Shown here piece by piece: positions 1-13,028 of a DNA stretch of 64,000 bases. Both the position numbers and the translations under genes were made by a program. Source of the stretch: Octopus vulgaris (lineage: Eukaryota). The stretch lies in contig OX597825.1 of NCBI GenBank assembly GCA_951406725.2, forward strand, positions 69,626,001 to 69,690,000, in the 5' to 3' direction. Positions within the stretch are counted from its first letter, which is position 1. The number at the start of each line of letters is the position of its first letter. The notes beneath the pieces were generated by a model. That model searched no databases, was not told the DNA's origin, and saw only the letters and a list, made by a program, of their open reading frames with translations.

Positions 1-89
1 CTCAGACCAGGCGATGTGTGTTTTATGAGTGAAATATCTAGGCTCCACGCGGCAGAAGTTAATGGCGAAACTTCTGCTGACTATTTCGT

Positions 90-159
<70 letters not shown>

Positions 160-1618
160 CTCACCTTCTTCCTCTTGCAGCCCTTCTTTGCTGAGTCCTC
201 TACCTCCTCGACCGCCTTCGTTCCCTCTTCTACAGAGGTCTCATCCAACTGCTCCAGGACCTTACTTTGTTCCTGGGGACAGTTTGTTTTTATATGGCCA
301 GGCTCCAGGCACCAATGAGAACTGGGTGGGGCGACCTTCAAGAATCACAGGATACCTAGAACCGGCCATTTTCAAAAATATCCGGAAATACCAGATTCTT
401 GGCTGGATGTGTTCACAGGGTCAAAACCGCTTTTGTCCCCACTCAATCAGCCGCAGGGAAAATTTTTACGTTGAGGAGCTTGGCTCTGCTGCCACCCGGA
501 CCCCGGCGGATAGTGTCTTCAATCCACTCGGGTTCTATTCCGGGTGGCAAACCACAGACCCAAGTCCTTGTCAACTCATTCCCACAATACATGGGAAGAA
601 ACAATATTTCCCCGCCCTCTAAGGGTTGACCCGCAAAATTGCGAGTCTCCTCAGGGGCGTCAAATAGCAACCACACCGTCGCATACTTGACACCCTTGGA
701 AATAAATTTTATAGTTGGCATATACTTCGCCAACTCTGATTCTATATCGATTTTTCTGAAGAGGGAGATGGTGTCGAGCGACTTGAGGTCCTCAACACCA
801 CAGGCCTCTTTTCCAAATCCTTCAACCACTCCTTGGGTGGGACAATTTCCCACTCCAAAATGGTGTCCTTTTTCTTCGCCATGTTTTTTGTAATAAAAAG
901 TTCAACAGAAGGTCCAAACAGTTCAAGAGAAAGAGTTGAAAAAAGAATGAAGTAAAAAGAAAGAAAACAGTTCAAGAAAAATTCCAAAAAAGAGTCACAA
1001 CAAAAAAGAAAGGAAAAAAAGAAAAGAATTCAAGAAAAAATGAAGTCCCCAAAAAGAGAGAAGAAGGGAAAAAACAGTTCAACAGTTCAAAAAACACAGC
1101 AAGCACAAGTCTTTCGGCCACTAGGTAATCCAGGCCTCCAACTCGAAACTGCAACACAGCAACTGGAACAGAGATTCCACAAAATTTGGGGAAGAAGTTC
1201 AACTATTTTTGGAGGCGAGATACGCCCCCAAAACAACAATTCTCACGATTACTTCAGAAAAACTATTCACTTAAAGTGAACAAATTGCTTCCACAAATTT
1301 CACAAAAAATTGGTGAAGAAGTTCAACTGTTTTTGGAGGCAAGATGCGCCCCCAAAACAGCAATTCTCTCAATTAAGTGAGAAAAACTATTCACTTAAAG
1401 TGAAAGAATTTTCTCCAACTGTAGGCAGACCAGAGTTCAGAATCCAGTGAGGATTTCTTGTTTGTACAAACAGTAATTACAGCAAGCAACAAACCTCAAC
1501 TGGACCCCAAAAAACAAAAGTTTTACCTTACAGCTGAACTTTTTCAATCAATATTTCGCCAGCTGAACACCAGCGTGGTTACTTCTTTCAGCGCTAAGGA
1601 AAACACGGACATGCACAG
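1..1618 (-). mobile_element. L1/Tx1-like non-LTR retrotransposon 5' portion (5'UTR plus frameshifted ORF1 with zinc knuckle); continues off the left edge
   Basis: Minus-strand ORF pieces 443-853 and 81-341; the latter has a CCHC-like knuckle (sHWCLEPGHIKTNCP). A T-rich 5'UTR has two ~120-bp tandem units (about 1175-1420). A (TA)n tract at 93-153 interrupts ORF1. Confidence 0.6.
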
Positions 1619-1658
1619 TGGGAAGCAAGCTTCTTACCGTACAGCCACTCCCGCGTCC
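1619..1658 (-). mobile_element. Truncated tRNA-derived head of SINE family B
   Basis: Reverse complement GGACGCGGGAGTGGCTGTACGGTAAGAAGCTTGCTTCCCA matches the family B head at 17533. Confidence 0.7.
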
Positions 1659-1682
1659 ATATTGCTCATGTGTATAAAAGTT

Positions 1683-1720
<38 letters not shown>

Positions 1721-1722
1721 CA

Positions 1723-1789
<67 letters not shown>

Positions 1790-1793
<4 letters not shown>

Positions 1794-1932
1794 TGGTATC
1801 TTTCTGTTGAAGAGCGTAGTCTCGAAACGTAAAAGACTTGTTTTATTTATATTCCTGAGCGCCATACTAATACAATTGTTTGTTTGTATTCCACCTGCCT
1901 TCGTCTTTTGTTTATTTTCATAAAGCTTCCCG

Positions 1933-1935
<3 letters not shown>
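1790..1935 (+). mobile_element. Penelope-like pLTR remnant with minimal hammerhead-like motif (family H1)
   Basis: tcttt-CTGTTGAA-gag cgtagt ctc-GAAAC-GT-A-aaaga at 1799-1836; flanked by (TA)n; homologous copies at 3265-3420 and 59352-59530. Confidence 0.55.
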
Positions 1936-1982
<47 letters not shown>

Positions 1983-2754
1983 GATTTCTCTTGATGATAT
2001 ATATATATAAATATATCTGCTATGTATTGAGTACCTTACTTATGTGGTTAACCCCGATCACCGGGACCTACATACACACATACATGCACACCCATATATG
2101 TATACGCGTATGTGTAAATTTAATATGCTCTGCAAGTAAATATGGAATTATTTATATATAAATATTGCTTGCAACTATTACCACATGCAAACATAATGAA
2201 ATAAAAGATGGTTGAAAATATAAGTATACGGAAGGAAAACAATCAAATCAGGCAAATTTTCGTTTTCATTGTAATTTCTCAGTCAAAATTCTGATATATC
2301 ATTTTCGTAGATAAAATTCTCATCATGGATGACGTAGCAATAAATTATATTTTACATTCACATGCATGTTATTGTTTTCCATAATATCGGAAATATAACT
2401 CTTGGTTACGGTGGTTTGACAAAAAGAAAATACTTTAAAATTTACCAAACGTAATATAGTTTACTCATAAACTCAAATCTACCGTTATCGGTCCGGTTGT
2501 AATATTCTATTCAAACATGTTCCTTCATCTTTTGTGTATAATAGATTCCATGGAGTAAAAGCAAGTATGACAAAACGTATTTTATTCATATCTATTTTAT
2601 TGCATGATAGATCTGCCGAAGCCAACAATTGCGGAAAGAAAACCTATAATTCTCCTGTAAATAAATTCACTCTACGATGTTTTGCGAACACAAACGCGCA
2701 CACACATAATATACATACACACATAGTTATATACACACACACACACACACACAC

Positions 2755-2850
<96 letters not shown>

Positions 2851-3228
2851 TCCTAGAATCGAGGTGTAGGAAGAAGGTTAGTTTCAAGCAATCGGTACAA
2901 AATACAAATAGTAACTTTCAGGAACAATACTGGTTTACTGATTTGGAAGGTTATGGATTTTTTCGTAACGAAGCTGAAAAAAATAAATTTATATTTCGTA
3001 GTAGGTTAAGGAATGGAATAGATAATATCCGGTCTCCATATATTTCATAGCGAGCAGAACTTTGGAAGTGGTAAATATCCGAGCGAAGTGTATACTACAG
3101 GAGGAGGCCCAGGGTATCTTGATTAAATACGGTTTATATTCTTGTTAAGGAGGTACATGTTAACAAACTGAAAATTCAATCAGAATAAATAATTAAATAA
3201 ATAAATAAATAAACAAATAAATAAATAA

Positions 3229-3264
<36 letters not shown>

Positions 3265-3266
<2 letters not shown>

Positions 3267-3420
3267 GGTGAGAATTTACAAAAGAACAAAAGACAAAGAC
3301 GGGTGTTTAAATAACAAACATATGTATTAGTTTAACGCTCGGGATGTGAGAAAGTCTTTTATGTTTCGAGCCTACGCTCTGCGACTGAAAGGAACACAGG
3401 CTAGCGATCTATCATGGCGA
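3265..3420 (-). mobile_element. Family H1 copy (hammerhead-like motif 3355-3392, degenerate)
   Basis: Reverse complement cctttcagtcgcagagcgtaggctcgaaacataaaagac, with the same downstream sequence as 1790-1935; begins at (TA)n. Confidence 0.55.
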
Positions 3421-3431
3421 ACACACACACA

Positions 3432-3512
<81 letters not shown>

Positions 3513-3589
3513 CGTGTGTTTGTGTGTTTGTGTGAGTGTGTGTGCATGTATATATATATATATATATGTTCTTTTATTTTTTTATACTT

Positions 3590-3992
3590 TTGTTTCACCC
3601 ACTTGACTGTGGCCATGCTGGAGACCGTCTTTAGTTGAACATATCGTCCCCAGGACTTATTGTTTATAAGACTAGTACCCATTGTAACGGTTTCTTTTTG
3701 CCGAACCGTAAAGTTACGGGTCCGCAATCATACATCGGGGGTCAAGCGATGGTGGGGAACAAACATAGACACAAATACACACACTCGCACACAAACATAT
3801 ACATACACACACTTACACACACAGAAAGCAACATATATATATATACGACAGGCTTCTCTCAGTTTCCGTCAACCAAATCCACTCACAAGGCTATGGTCGG
3901 CCCACGACTATAGTAGAAGACACTTAACTAAGGTGTCAGGCAGTGGGACTGAACTTAGAATCATCTTGATACCACACAACCATTACTGCGCC
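3590..3992 (-). mobile_element. tRNA-derived SINE family B (octopus OR/CORE-like)
   Basis: Reverse-complement match to 17533-17957, including the internal (CA)n. Confidence 0.85.
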
Positions 3993-4521
3993 TAAACACA
4001 CACATACACACATATATAAGAAATAGTGGCACAACAAAGCACCAATGATTGTTGGAAATAGCAGTCGATAACCGTATGAGTGTATGTAAAGCATCATTGA
4101 ATGTATAGAGGCAAAATTGTGTGTGGGCGGCGAACATAAAAAGAAAATTCGTCTTACCTCTAGGAGAAAAGCCAGAGAAATGGACAACCGAGTATTTGGG
4201 TTTCGGACTTTCCAAAATATGTTTGTTATTGCAAATCTAGTTGGTCTTCGTAAGATAGGTTCCCCTAAGATTAAATATAAAATGTCCGCTACTTCAATGC
4301 CTACACACTCGGCTGATAGCCCAAGCCACAAACAAAGCCGAAATCAGTGGATGGTTTTACATAAAAAAAATTATAAATATAATTATAATACAATTGTATT
4401 ATTTTTCAGAGATAATCACTGTAAAGTTTGAATTATAATAAATAGGAAAAAAGTTGCACAAAAAGGCAGCAATTTTTGCTATAAATATCAGCTAATAACC
4501 GTACGACGTTATGTAAACATG

Positions 4522-4590
<69 letters not shown>

Positions 4591-5849
4591 TAAAATCCGT
4601 TCTGTCTGTTTATGTAAGTGTCTTCTATGATTTCGGGCATCCTCCATCCGGTTGCGCTCACATTTGATATGAAGATACCGTCGGTATCAGGGCGTGTATA
4701 AGTCTTTAAAAAATTACAAAAATCGATTCCAGATGAGAATGCGATCGATAAAGCCGTGGGAACGTGCATTTGTAAAATCGTTTTTCTTGGAATAGAAAGA
4801 AATCTATCTTTATTTTTCTTTTGCTGGTGTCTCAAATTTAGGTTAAATCAGTGTTTCTCAAAGGGAAGCCTATGTGACGGTCGGACAAATTGTTTTGAGA
4901 AAATTCGGTTTAAATGTTTAACAACTCAGCACCGTCCATTGGACGGGGGGCATTTTGCTTGAATATATATATATATATATAGATAGATAGATAGTTAGAT
5001 AGATAGATACAGATATACTTCAACACACACACACACATACACAGACACAGACCGTGAGATGAAAATTCCTTAATTTTTTTTCTTTTTCCGAACAACTTCA
5101 CAAAGATTGTAATAAACATGCGCGTAGAAAAATAATGAGAATTTTTATTTATTTGTGTCCAAAACTAATATTAGCTTCGTTTCTGCTTGCATAGAGACTT
5201 ACACACATTTTCTATTTTTAAAGGTATGAGATACTTTAATCCGTCGTATTTGTTCGATAACATTGTAGTCACTGTGTTGGTACAACGAGAGAAACTTGAT
5301 ATGTAGCGAAATTTTCTGCACACAATTCAAAACTCTAATTACTCTGTACCTGCCGAGTATTGTCAATATATGCAGTCACAATTCTCAAATTGATCCCGCT
5401 TACGCAGTTTTCCTTATATCTGTCATATAATTGCCTTATAAAAATCTGTTACCGCTAAAATTCCCAAGTTTCTCCGTCATTAAAATTAAATCACATGTCA
5501 CATTTAGAACTTTCGCAAGTTTGACTGATTTGTTTGTTCAGTGGAGATTTTGTGGCTGGTTAATAATTCCTTTACTGGTTTTGATTGATTTTAATCTTCG
5601 CTTCCATAGTTGTACATAACGTAATGTAAAAGTTTGGTAGCTTTCAGCTGTCACAAATCTATGCACTGTATATCTTGATATTCTGTTATACAGACGTACT
5701 CGTCTACAAATCATTAGCGGTATCGTTGAAGTCAACTATCAAATCGTCTTTCTCGGGTGAACCCTGTTGTATCCACTACGTCGCAATCAATTTTCCTTCG
5801 TCTCTGTCGTCAAATCTCCCCCGGAGACTGTTCTCTATTGGATCAAACA

Positions 5850-6500
5850 TGCGGAAGGCGATTTGGCGAAAAAACTGACATTTCTAAGCGTTTTGAGTGC
5901 CTGACTCTACCGATCGCTCTTCACAGTACAGCTACGTTCCAGAAAATTAAAGTGAATGATGCCCTTTGTCCTTCCCCAAAACAAGCACCATTGATATCTT
6001 TACCGAGTGCTGGGTCTTGAAGTTCATAGACACTGGAATAGAGATATGAAGCCATTCTATGGTGTGAACGGTTGCATCCACTGTTATCAAATTAAAAAGA
6101 AACGTTTCATTGTTGGCTTCAAATGCTTCCAGCTGATGAAGCCGAGTTCCATCGAATCTACTGTTAACTACTGAGACGCCCTTTAAATCATTTCTGATAC
6201 CTTAACTTTCCTACCGTCTTCCGTAACGCATTTTGATCACAGTCCAGCAATGCAGCAAATTTATAGATTGTAAATCGTCTGAGCGTGCGAATCTATTTGT
6301 CCATTCGATGGTGATTCTTGTCCCTGGCTATAGTTATTGGTCTACCACTTCGTAGTTTAAGCTCGAAACTGGTTTCTTCTTCTTTCAATTTCTTCATATA
6401 TCCCTGATTTCATCTCCGTTAAAATCATTTACCATTGCCTGGATGTCGGGCATCCTATATTCCTCCTTCATTAAAAACTCCATGACGACACTTTGTGATA
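5850..6500 (-). mobile_element. Degenerate mariner transposase fossil
   Basis: Minus-strand translation with stops: EKLKEEETSFELKLRSGRPITI and KGIIHFNFLERSCTVKSDR*SQALKTLR, both typical mariner segments. Confidence 0.65.
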
Positions 6501-6731
6501 CCTGTTATTTCTCTACAATTAAGAATGGCAGGTAGGAAGTTTACTGTAAAAGAAGAGTTAGACTCACTGCATTCAATTTGAGCGATATCATATTTTCGAA
6601 TATTAAAAATGGCAAAATTTTTCAAAAAGGTAACAGATTATATATTCCTTTTTGAATTGGTGTTTGTTTGGCAATAAAACGCTTTTTGGCCTCACTCACC
6701 CTGTCCCAAAGTCACATGACAGACATACATT

Positions 6732-6778
<47 letters not shown>

Positions 6779-6918
6779 TATAGATATAGAGATGTATATA
6801 TTTATATAAATAAGGATAATATCGTTATTTAAAATGCCGATCATATCAAGTGGCTAGCATGGTAATAAAAACCTCATACGTAATAATTATTTTAAAATTA
6901 TAATTTAGACCATCTAAA

Positions 6919-7108
6919 AGAGACAAAGAGAAAACTAAACTAGCAAAAATATTATTGGATAATTCCAGATCTCGGATTTCTGGTTTTGCATAAGACATGC
7001 AGTGTGTATTCCACTGATGAGGCAAAACATTCCTTATGCAACGTAGGAAATCTGGGATCTGGAATTATCTAATAGTTTTTTTGCTAGACTATTTGTCTCT
7101 TTGTCTTC
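6919..7108. repeat. Imperfect inverted repeat (~75-bp arms) with CTGATGA in the loop; Penelope-like remnant
   Basis: ggataattccagatctcggatttc...ttgcataag pairs with cttatgcaa...gaaatctgggatctggaattatct. Confidence 0.7.
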
Positions 7109-7272
7109 TCTCCTGGTGCTGTATGAACATTTAATGTGGTTCTAGAGTCAAGTTTTGGCTGCTATCAATCATGGTGGAATCTGTTAGATACCCTTACTTA
7201 TAATTATATATATATATATAAACATATATGTATTTACTTACATATATAGATATATATGTAAGTATATATATA

Positions 7273-7331
<59 letters not shown>

Positions 7332-9072
7332 TTATACACACACGCAAACATACGTATACACACCACACACATATTTCCATATATATGTGTATGTATGTAT
7401 ATTTGCGAATGCTTATGGACTCCATTTGTCCGTTTATCCAGAACGGGTTGTTTACGAACCCGTAACTTAGTGATTAAACATGACGTTCGATAGAATAAGT
7501 AGTGTGCCAAAGCATGTACTGGGGTCGATTTGTCGACTATTCCAACAATATTGTGGTCTATGGTTACAGTATAATGTCTGAAGTAAGCGATGGAGAAGAC
7601 TACATTAAGAATTAGAGTTCTGTATTAAAATTTAGAGAAAGCGTATCTTGCATAATCAAAACACTTTTGTGTTATCACTTATACTATGAAAGAAATATTT
7701 ATTGAAAATGTCTTACCGTAATCTAGCTTGTTCATATGTCAGAGCTCTTACGTATGCAATGACTTAAGTAGCGTAATTTGAAGCGACTTTGTTCCCATTG
7801 TGATTCCACTAAACTGTCTGTACATGATGTTAACAAACTTAATATGATTATTTTGAAGGTTTCAATTTCTGACTTCAGTGATAGTTGGTGAATATAGATG
7901 ATAATTGTCTTCACTACTTTTGTTCACTATTATTGTTAACCTTTTCATTATAGGTAATATCTTGTAATAAATTTAACGAGATGATTTGTAACATTCAAAA
8001 TCTCTAATGACCGCAAATCTTTTTTATGAGTATGCAAAATTTTTGTATTACTGTATCAGTAAAATATTTCATTTCTTAGATGATTTTTATTCCTCTCGAT
8101 AAGTATTTGATATAAATTTATGTTGTGCTGAAATCCTGACGCTTCTGTGGGATAGCAAGTATACTGTCCTAAATCGCACAAAGGCAGATACGCACTGTCA
8201 GTGAAGGACAGTGTGGTGTGTGCAGGTGTTTGTGAAGACAATCGTAGAAATCGTTGAGAACAGATATTGTTTGTTCCGTTTGTTTCTGATTTATATTTGT
8301 ATTTTATAAGCTTGTCACAAGTCCACATTATAAAGTGGCATATAGATTGAGTTCAAAGAAGGACATCACAATGTCGATGAGACACAACAATTTACTGTAT
8401 ATTACTATATATTACAAAGCACTTTTTTTACTATATCAGCAGAATTTTTCAGTTTTTACATGATATTCATTTCTTCCGATTTGTATTTCATATAAATTTT
8501 AGATATGGTCATCCATTATAGGGAGTGATAGCTGCACAATCACATAAGTTATTCAAGGTTCTGTTCAAGTCTTTCAGTGAGCTGTAGTTACTATTCTTTT
8601 TGTACAACCTATTCATCATTACTTTCTTCGCCGAATTGTTCTGTTGGGTGTCATTTTCTGAAGACGTCCGAAATATCATCTCGTATCTCATTAGAATTAT
8701 ACTTTTATGGTCCTTTCTCCAGCGTGAAGCATGATATCGAAACCAAAAAAGGGCATCTGTTGGGAAATCAGAATCAGTTGTTAATCTAAATCCACTGAAA
8801 AGTTACAGGAAAAGAATAATTAAAATTTCTTGGGATATATTGCTAAAAGAGATGGGCAATAATGAGTCAGTGCGGTAATAAAGCTTTATATGACTTTGCT
8901 AATACATACATACGTACGTATACATGCAAGCATACACACACACATCTATGCAGGCATGCATACATGCATACCTGCATACATCCATACATACGTTCATACA
9001 TACATATACTTGCATGTGTGCATGAACTTAAACGCACACACATGCAACCACACACATATGTATATATATATG

Positions 9073-9128
<56 letters not shown>

Positions 9129-10400
9129 TGTGTGTGTGTGTGTGTAAGTGCGTTTATGTACCTGTGATTTGTTTGTCTAATGATGCTTGTAAGTTGAACG
9201 AAAGGGAATAGAGACTCAAAATACAATTACAGTACATCTTGGAATAAATAAGTAATTTATTCTGAACACGATCATCCTTCTAGCAGAGAGACGTTCATTG
9301 AAATATACGAATACCCGATGTATCTCTCAGCAGAGCTGCATAAGGTGTCGTATAAAATTTTATTGTTTATACATTCCATGACATAAACACTGATGCTACG
9401 CAGAAACAATCGACACGTTGTAAAATCAATTACGACACACTTGCTTAATACAGTCACGTAATTGGACGTTACCCTAGTTATTGAAGTTAACACAGGCTCG
9501 CTTGACATACGGTCTTACTTTGGCATTATTACAAGTGCAATAACTGCTATATCCTTGCCCCCATCTCTCTATGGGGCATAGAAGAGAGAATCTGTAATGG
9601 AAATAACTCCAACGAAAATGCATGATTTTTTTTTCAACAAATCACGCGCTGCATTTGTTCATTGAATTCTACACGAATTTGCGTGTGTAAAGAATTGAGT
9701 ATAATAAATCAAGAAATGGAAATTATATGGTACTATGATATTTATTTAAAATATTGTTAATGTTACTATAATTGAAAACAATTACGCTGCCAGCGTTCTG
9801 GAGATACGTATTGCATAATGGTATATGAGAAATAACGAATCCATTACGTGTCGGCTGTTTCCACTTAGTTTAAATACATATGGGAAAACTTATATGTGTA
9901 TCATATCTACTATTCTATTGATTAAAAGTGAAGGTATTTTATTATCTGATACAGTAGTGAAGAAGTTTTTATACAAATGCCTATAATGGTGTAGGAAAAA
10001 AATTCGAAATGTTATTGGATCAAATTAAGGAAAACTGGATACATTGTTAACTTTCTCAAACTTCGTGCTGCGGCCATGGAAGGGCACTGTCAGTTTAGTG
10101 TATTCCAGAAAATAAGGAGAAATTAAGAAAATTACTATTTGACTAAATATCATAAAATACTTGTAGTATTATTTACTACTAAGCCGGATATCAAATACAA
10201 TTAAATGGTAGCTCAATTTTAGACGTGACAGCAAACGTGACCTCCAAAATAAATTAGAAACAGCAGGCGTTCATATGTATGAAGGTTCATGAACATAAAT
10301 AAGTCTTGTAAATAGATCCATAACTACTTCACCAAGAAATGTTTCCCTAATTTCAAATGAATACGTAGACAATTCTAAAATAATTATTTCAAAAACATTT

Positions 10401-10436
10401 CAGTACCGGTTTCAGTCATTGAGACTTCTTCAACTG
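10401..10436 (-). ncRNA. Minimal hammerhead ribozyme-like motif (family H2)
   Basis: Reverse complement cag-TTGAAGA-AGTC tcaat GACT-GAAAC-CG-GT-A-ctg: perfect 4-bp stem II, palindromic stem III ACCGGT, C3>U. Confidence 0.55.
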
Positions 10437-10497
10437 TAAGCATGGAAAACAATTAAATTTTGGGAAAATATTCACATACACACACGCACACACTCAA

Positions 10498-10532
<35 letters not shown>

Positions 10533-10595
10533 AATTTTTTACGTAATGAGATAAAACCAAGGCTTTGTGGATATTAAAACATTTATAGATAGAAT

Positions 10596-10646
10596 GTCTT
10601 ACATCTGTTTCCAGGATATTTATTAATTATATCTCTTTATCAGAGA
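10596..10646 (-). ncRNA. Degenerate hammerhead-like motif (family H3)
   Basis: Reverse complement tct-CTGATAA-agagatat aattaataa atatcctg-GAAAC-AGAT-GT-A-aga; G8>A; element bounded by (TA)n. Confidence 0.45.
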
Positions 10647-10939
10647 TGGTGTGAGAAGATGGTTAAGTAATAGTTAGTTTAGATAGGATACAAAATAGAG
10701 AGTGAGGTGGAGGAAAGAAAATAGATGTGAGATATGTAGGGATATTGAAGTTGTAGTTCCATTTTTTAGGCAGTGTGGTATATATGTAAGATCCCAATAC
10801 CTTATGAATAAAATCCAACAGAATTTAAAATGAGTCCTTCCAAATATATAGTTTATACATAATGTAAGATTCCAGTACCTCATGAGTGAGATCCAGTAGT
10901 ATTTAAACTTGGTGTTTCCAAGTACAGAACTTATACACA

Positions 10940-10976
<37 letters not shown>

Positions 10977-11005
10977 GATCTTACATATATATATATATAT
11001 ATATA

Positions 11006-12009
11006 CAGGGGTTGGACAAAATAATGGAGACACCTTAAAATTTCAAACAAATTTATTTCAATATGGGCTAGGACCGACTTTGGCAGTAATTACAGCTTGA
11101 ATTCTAGGAGGTATGGACTAGTACAAAATTTGAATTGTTTCTAAAGGAATTTTTGCCCATTCTTCAGCTAAAACAATTTCCAATTCTTTTAGTGATGATG
11201 CTGCGGGATATCGACTCCTTCCTTGTTTTTTCTAAAATGCACCATAAATGTCCAAGAATATTGAGAGACTGTGATGACCAGATAAGATGTTCAACTTCAC
11301 TAGAATGTTCCTCGTGCCATTCAGTAACAACTTTAGCTATGTGAATTGGTTCATTATCCGCAATCTTCCTCAAACACAGTATGAATTTGATCAGAGAATT
11401 TGCTTGAATAGTCTTGACTATTAATTCTCCCATGAATGGAAACCATTGGGCCGACGGATTTCTATCATATAGCCCCCCAGATCATCACAGATCATCACAT
11501 GTTTGACAGTTTGAAGAAGTCAGTTTGAGTCAAATGTTTTTTTTGGCTGGTCGGAAATAAGGTAAAGGATGACATGTCTGAGAAAATAACATTCTTCCAC
11601 TGATCTAGATGCCAATTCTGTAGGTTTTTACTCCAATCTGTAAGTTTTGGTTTTCCGGAGTTTTGTTTCCGCGAAGAGGCTTTTCTCTCTTTCTCAAAGG
11701 CTGCCATTACTTTCGAGACAGTACCACTTGATATACCAAACATTTCGTCTGTTTTCGTTATGCTAGCGCCTGCCATAAGAGCACCAACTATTTGACTTCT
11801 TTGAAAGTCCGATAGCTCTGCCATTTAAAAAAATTTAATTACCTTCCTCTGATGATATCTGAAAAGAAACAGCAATTTTAGCAAACATATTAAGCAACAC
11901 TAGTAATAAATAAAAAAAACATAAAAATAAATAAACTTTTGACGGTTTTATAGATATTTCAAAATTATGATGCTATGATGGTAGGTGTTTCCATTATCTC
12001 GTCCAAACG

Positions 12010-12012
<3 letters not shown>
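11006..12012 (-). mobile_element. Tc1-family DNA transposon, internally deleted, both TIRs present
   Basis: TIR CAGGGGTTGGACAAAATAATGGAGACACCT at 11006 with its inverse ending at 12012, TA flanks. Transposase pieces MAELSDFQRSQIVGA...WKNVIFSDMSSF and HLIWSSQSLNILGHLW. Confidence 0.92.
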
Positions 12013-12061
<49 letters not shown>

Positions 12062-12080
12062 CATACTTATAAAAACATAT

Positions 12081-12180
<100 letters not shown>

Positions 12181-12470
12181 ATATATGTATAAGTAGGTAT
12201 GTATTTATATATGTATAACGTGTGTGCGTGTGCTTGTGTCCGTATATACTTAAGCGTAATGTTATTTAATTAGATTTCGGAAATAATTTCATGTTACACG
12301 TTGTTGGTTGTGTTATATATTCTCAAAATAATTTGATCTTTGAATAGAGTGAGAATAACTGTAAAATGGAAGACATGAATATGTCAACTAATGATGCGAT
12401 TCACGGAAACCGATCTGAGGAATGAAATCAAAGCAGAAATTGATTGCCGACAAAACAGCGCCAACGAAAT

Positions 12471-12533
<63 letters not shown>

Positions 12534-12705
12534 CATTATTATTATTCTAGACATCTTAAATTATTTCGTGCATGACATGATATAAATTCTGTTTAGATCA
12601 ATATGAATATCTATGGTCCAATGTTTCACTTCAACTTTACCTCCGACACCACATATTTTTCTTTTCCTTTTACCTACATCATTAGATTCTCTCTCTACAC
12701 ACATA

Positions 12706-12764
<59 letters not shown>

Positions 12765-12825
12765 TATACACACACACACACATGTATATATATATATTAT
12801 ATACATACACATATATATTTATATT

Positions 12826-12882
<57 letters not shown>

Positions 12883-13028
12883 GGGGGAGAAAGAAGGAGA
12901 AAGAGAAACAAACAGATAGGTGGGCACGGTGGCAAATTGATGGAGCGATAGAAGTTATATAAATAGAAGCATTCGTAGATGTATTCATAGATCTATATAA
13001 AATAGTCAGATACACCTCACGCAGATTA

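Noticed and set aside
5160-5830. Possible piggyBac C-terminal remnant
   Set aside because: The resemblance is too vague to support by eye.
6560-6785. Possible Helitron 3' end
   Set aside because: No clear terminal hairpin or matching 5' end.
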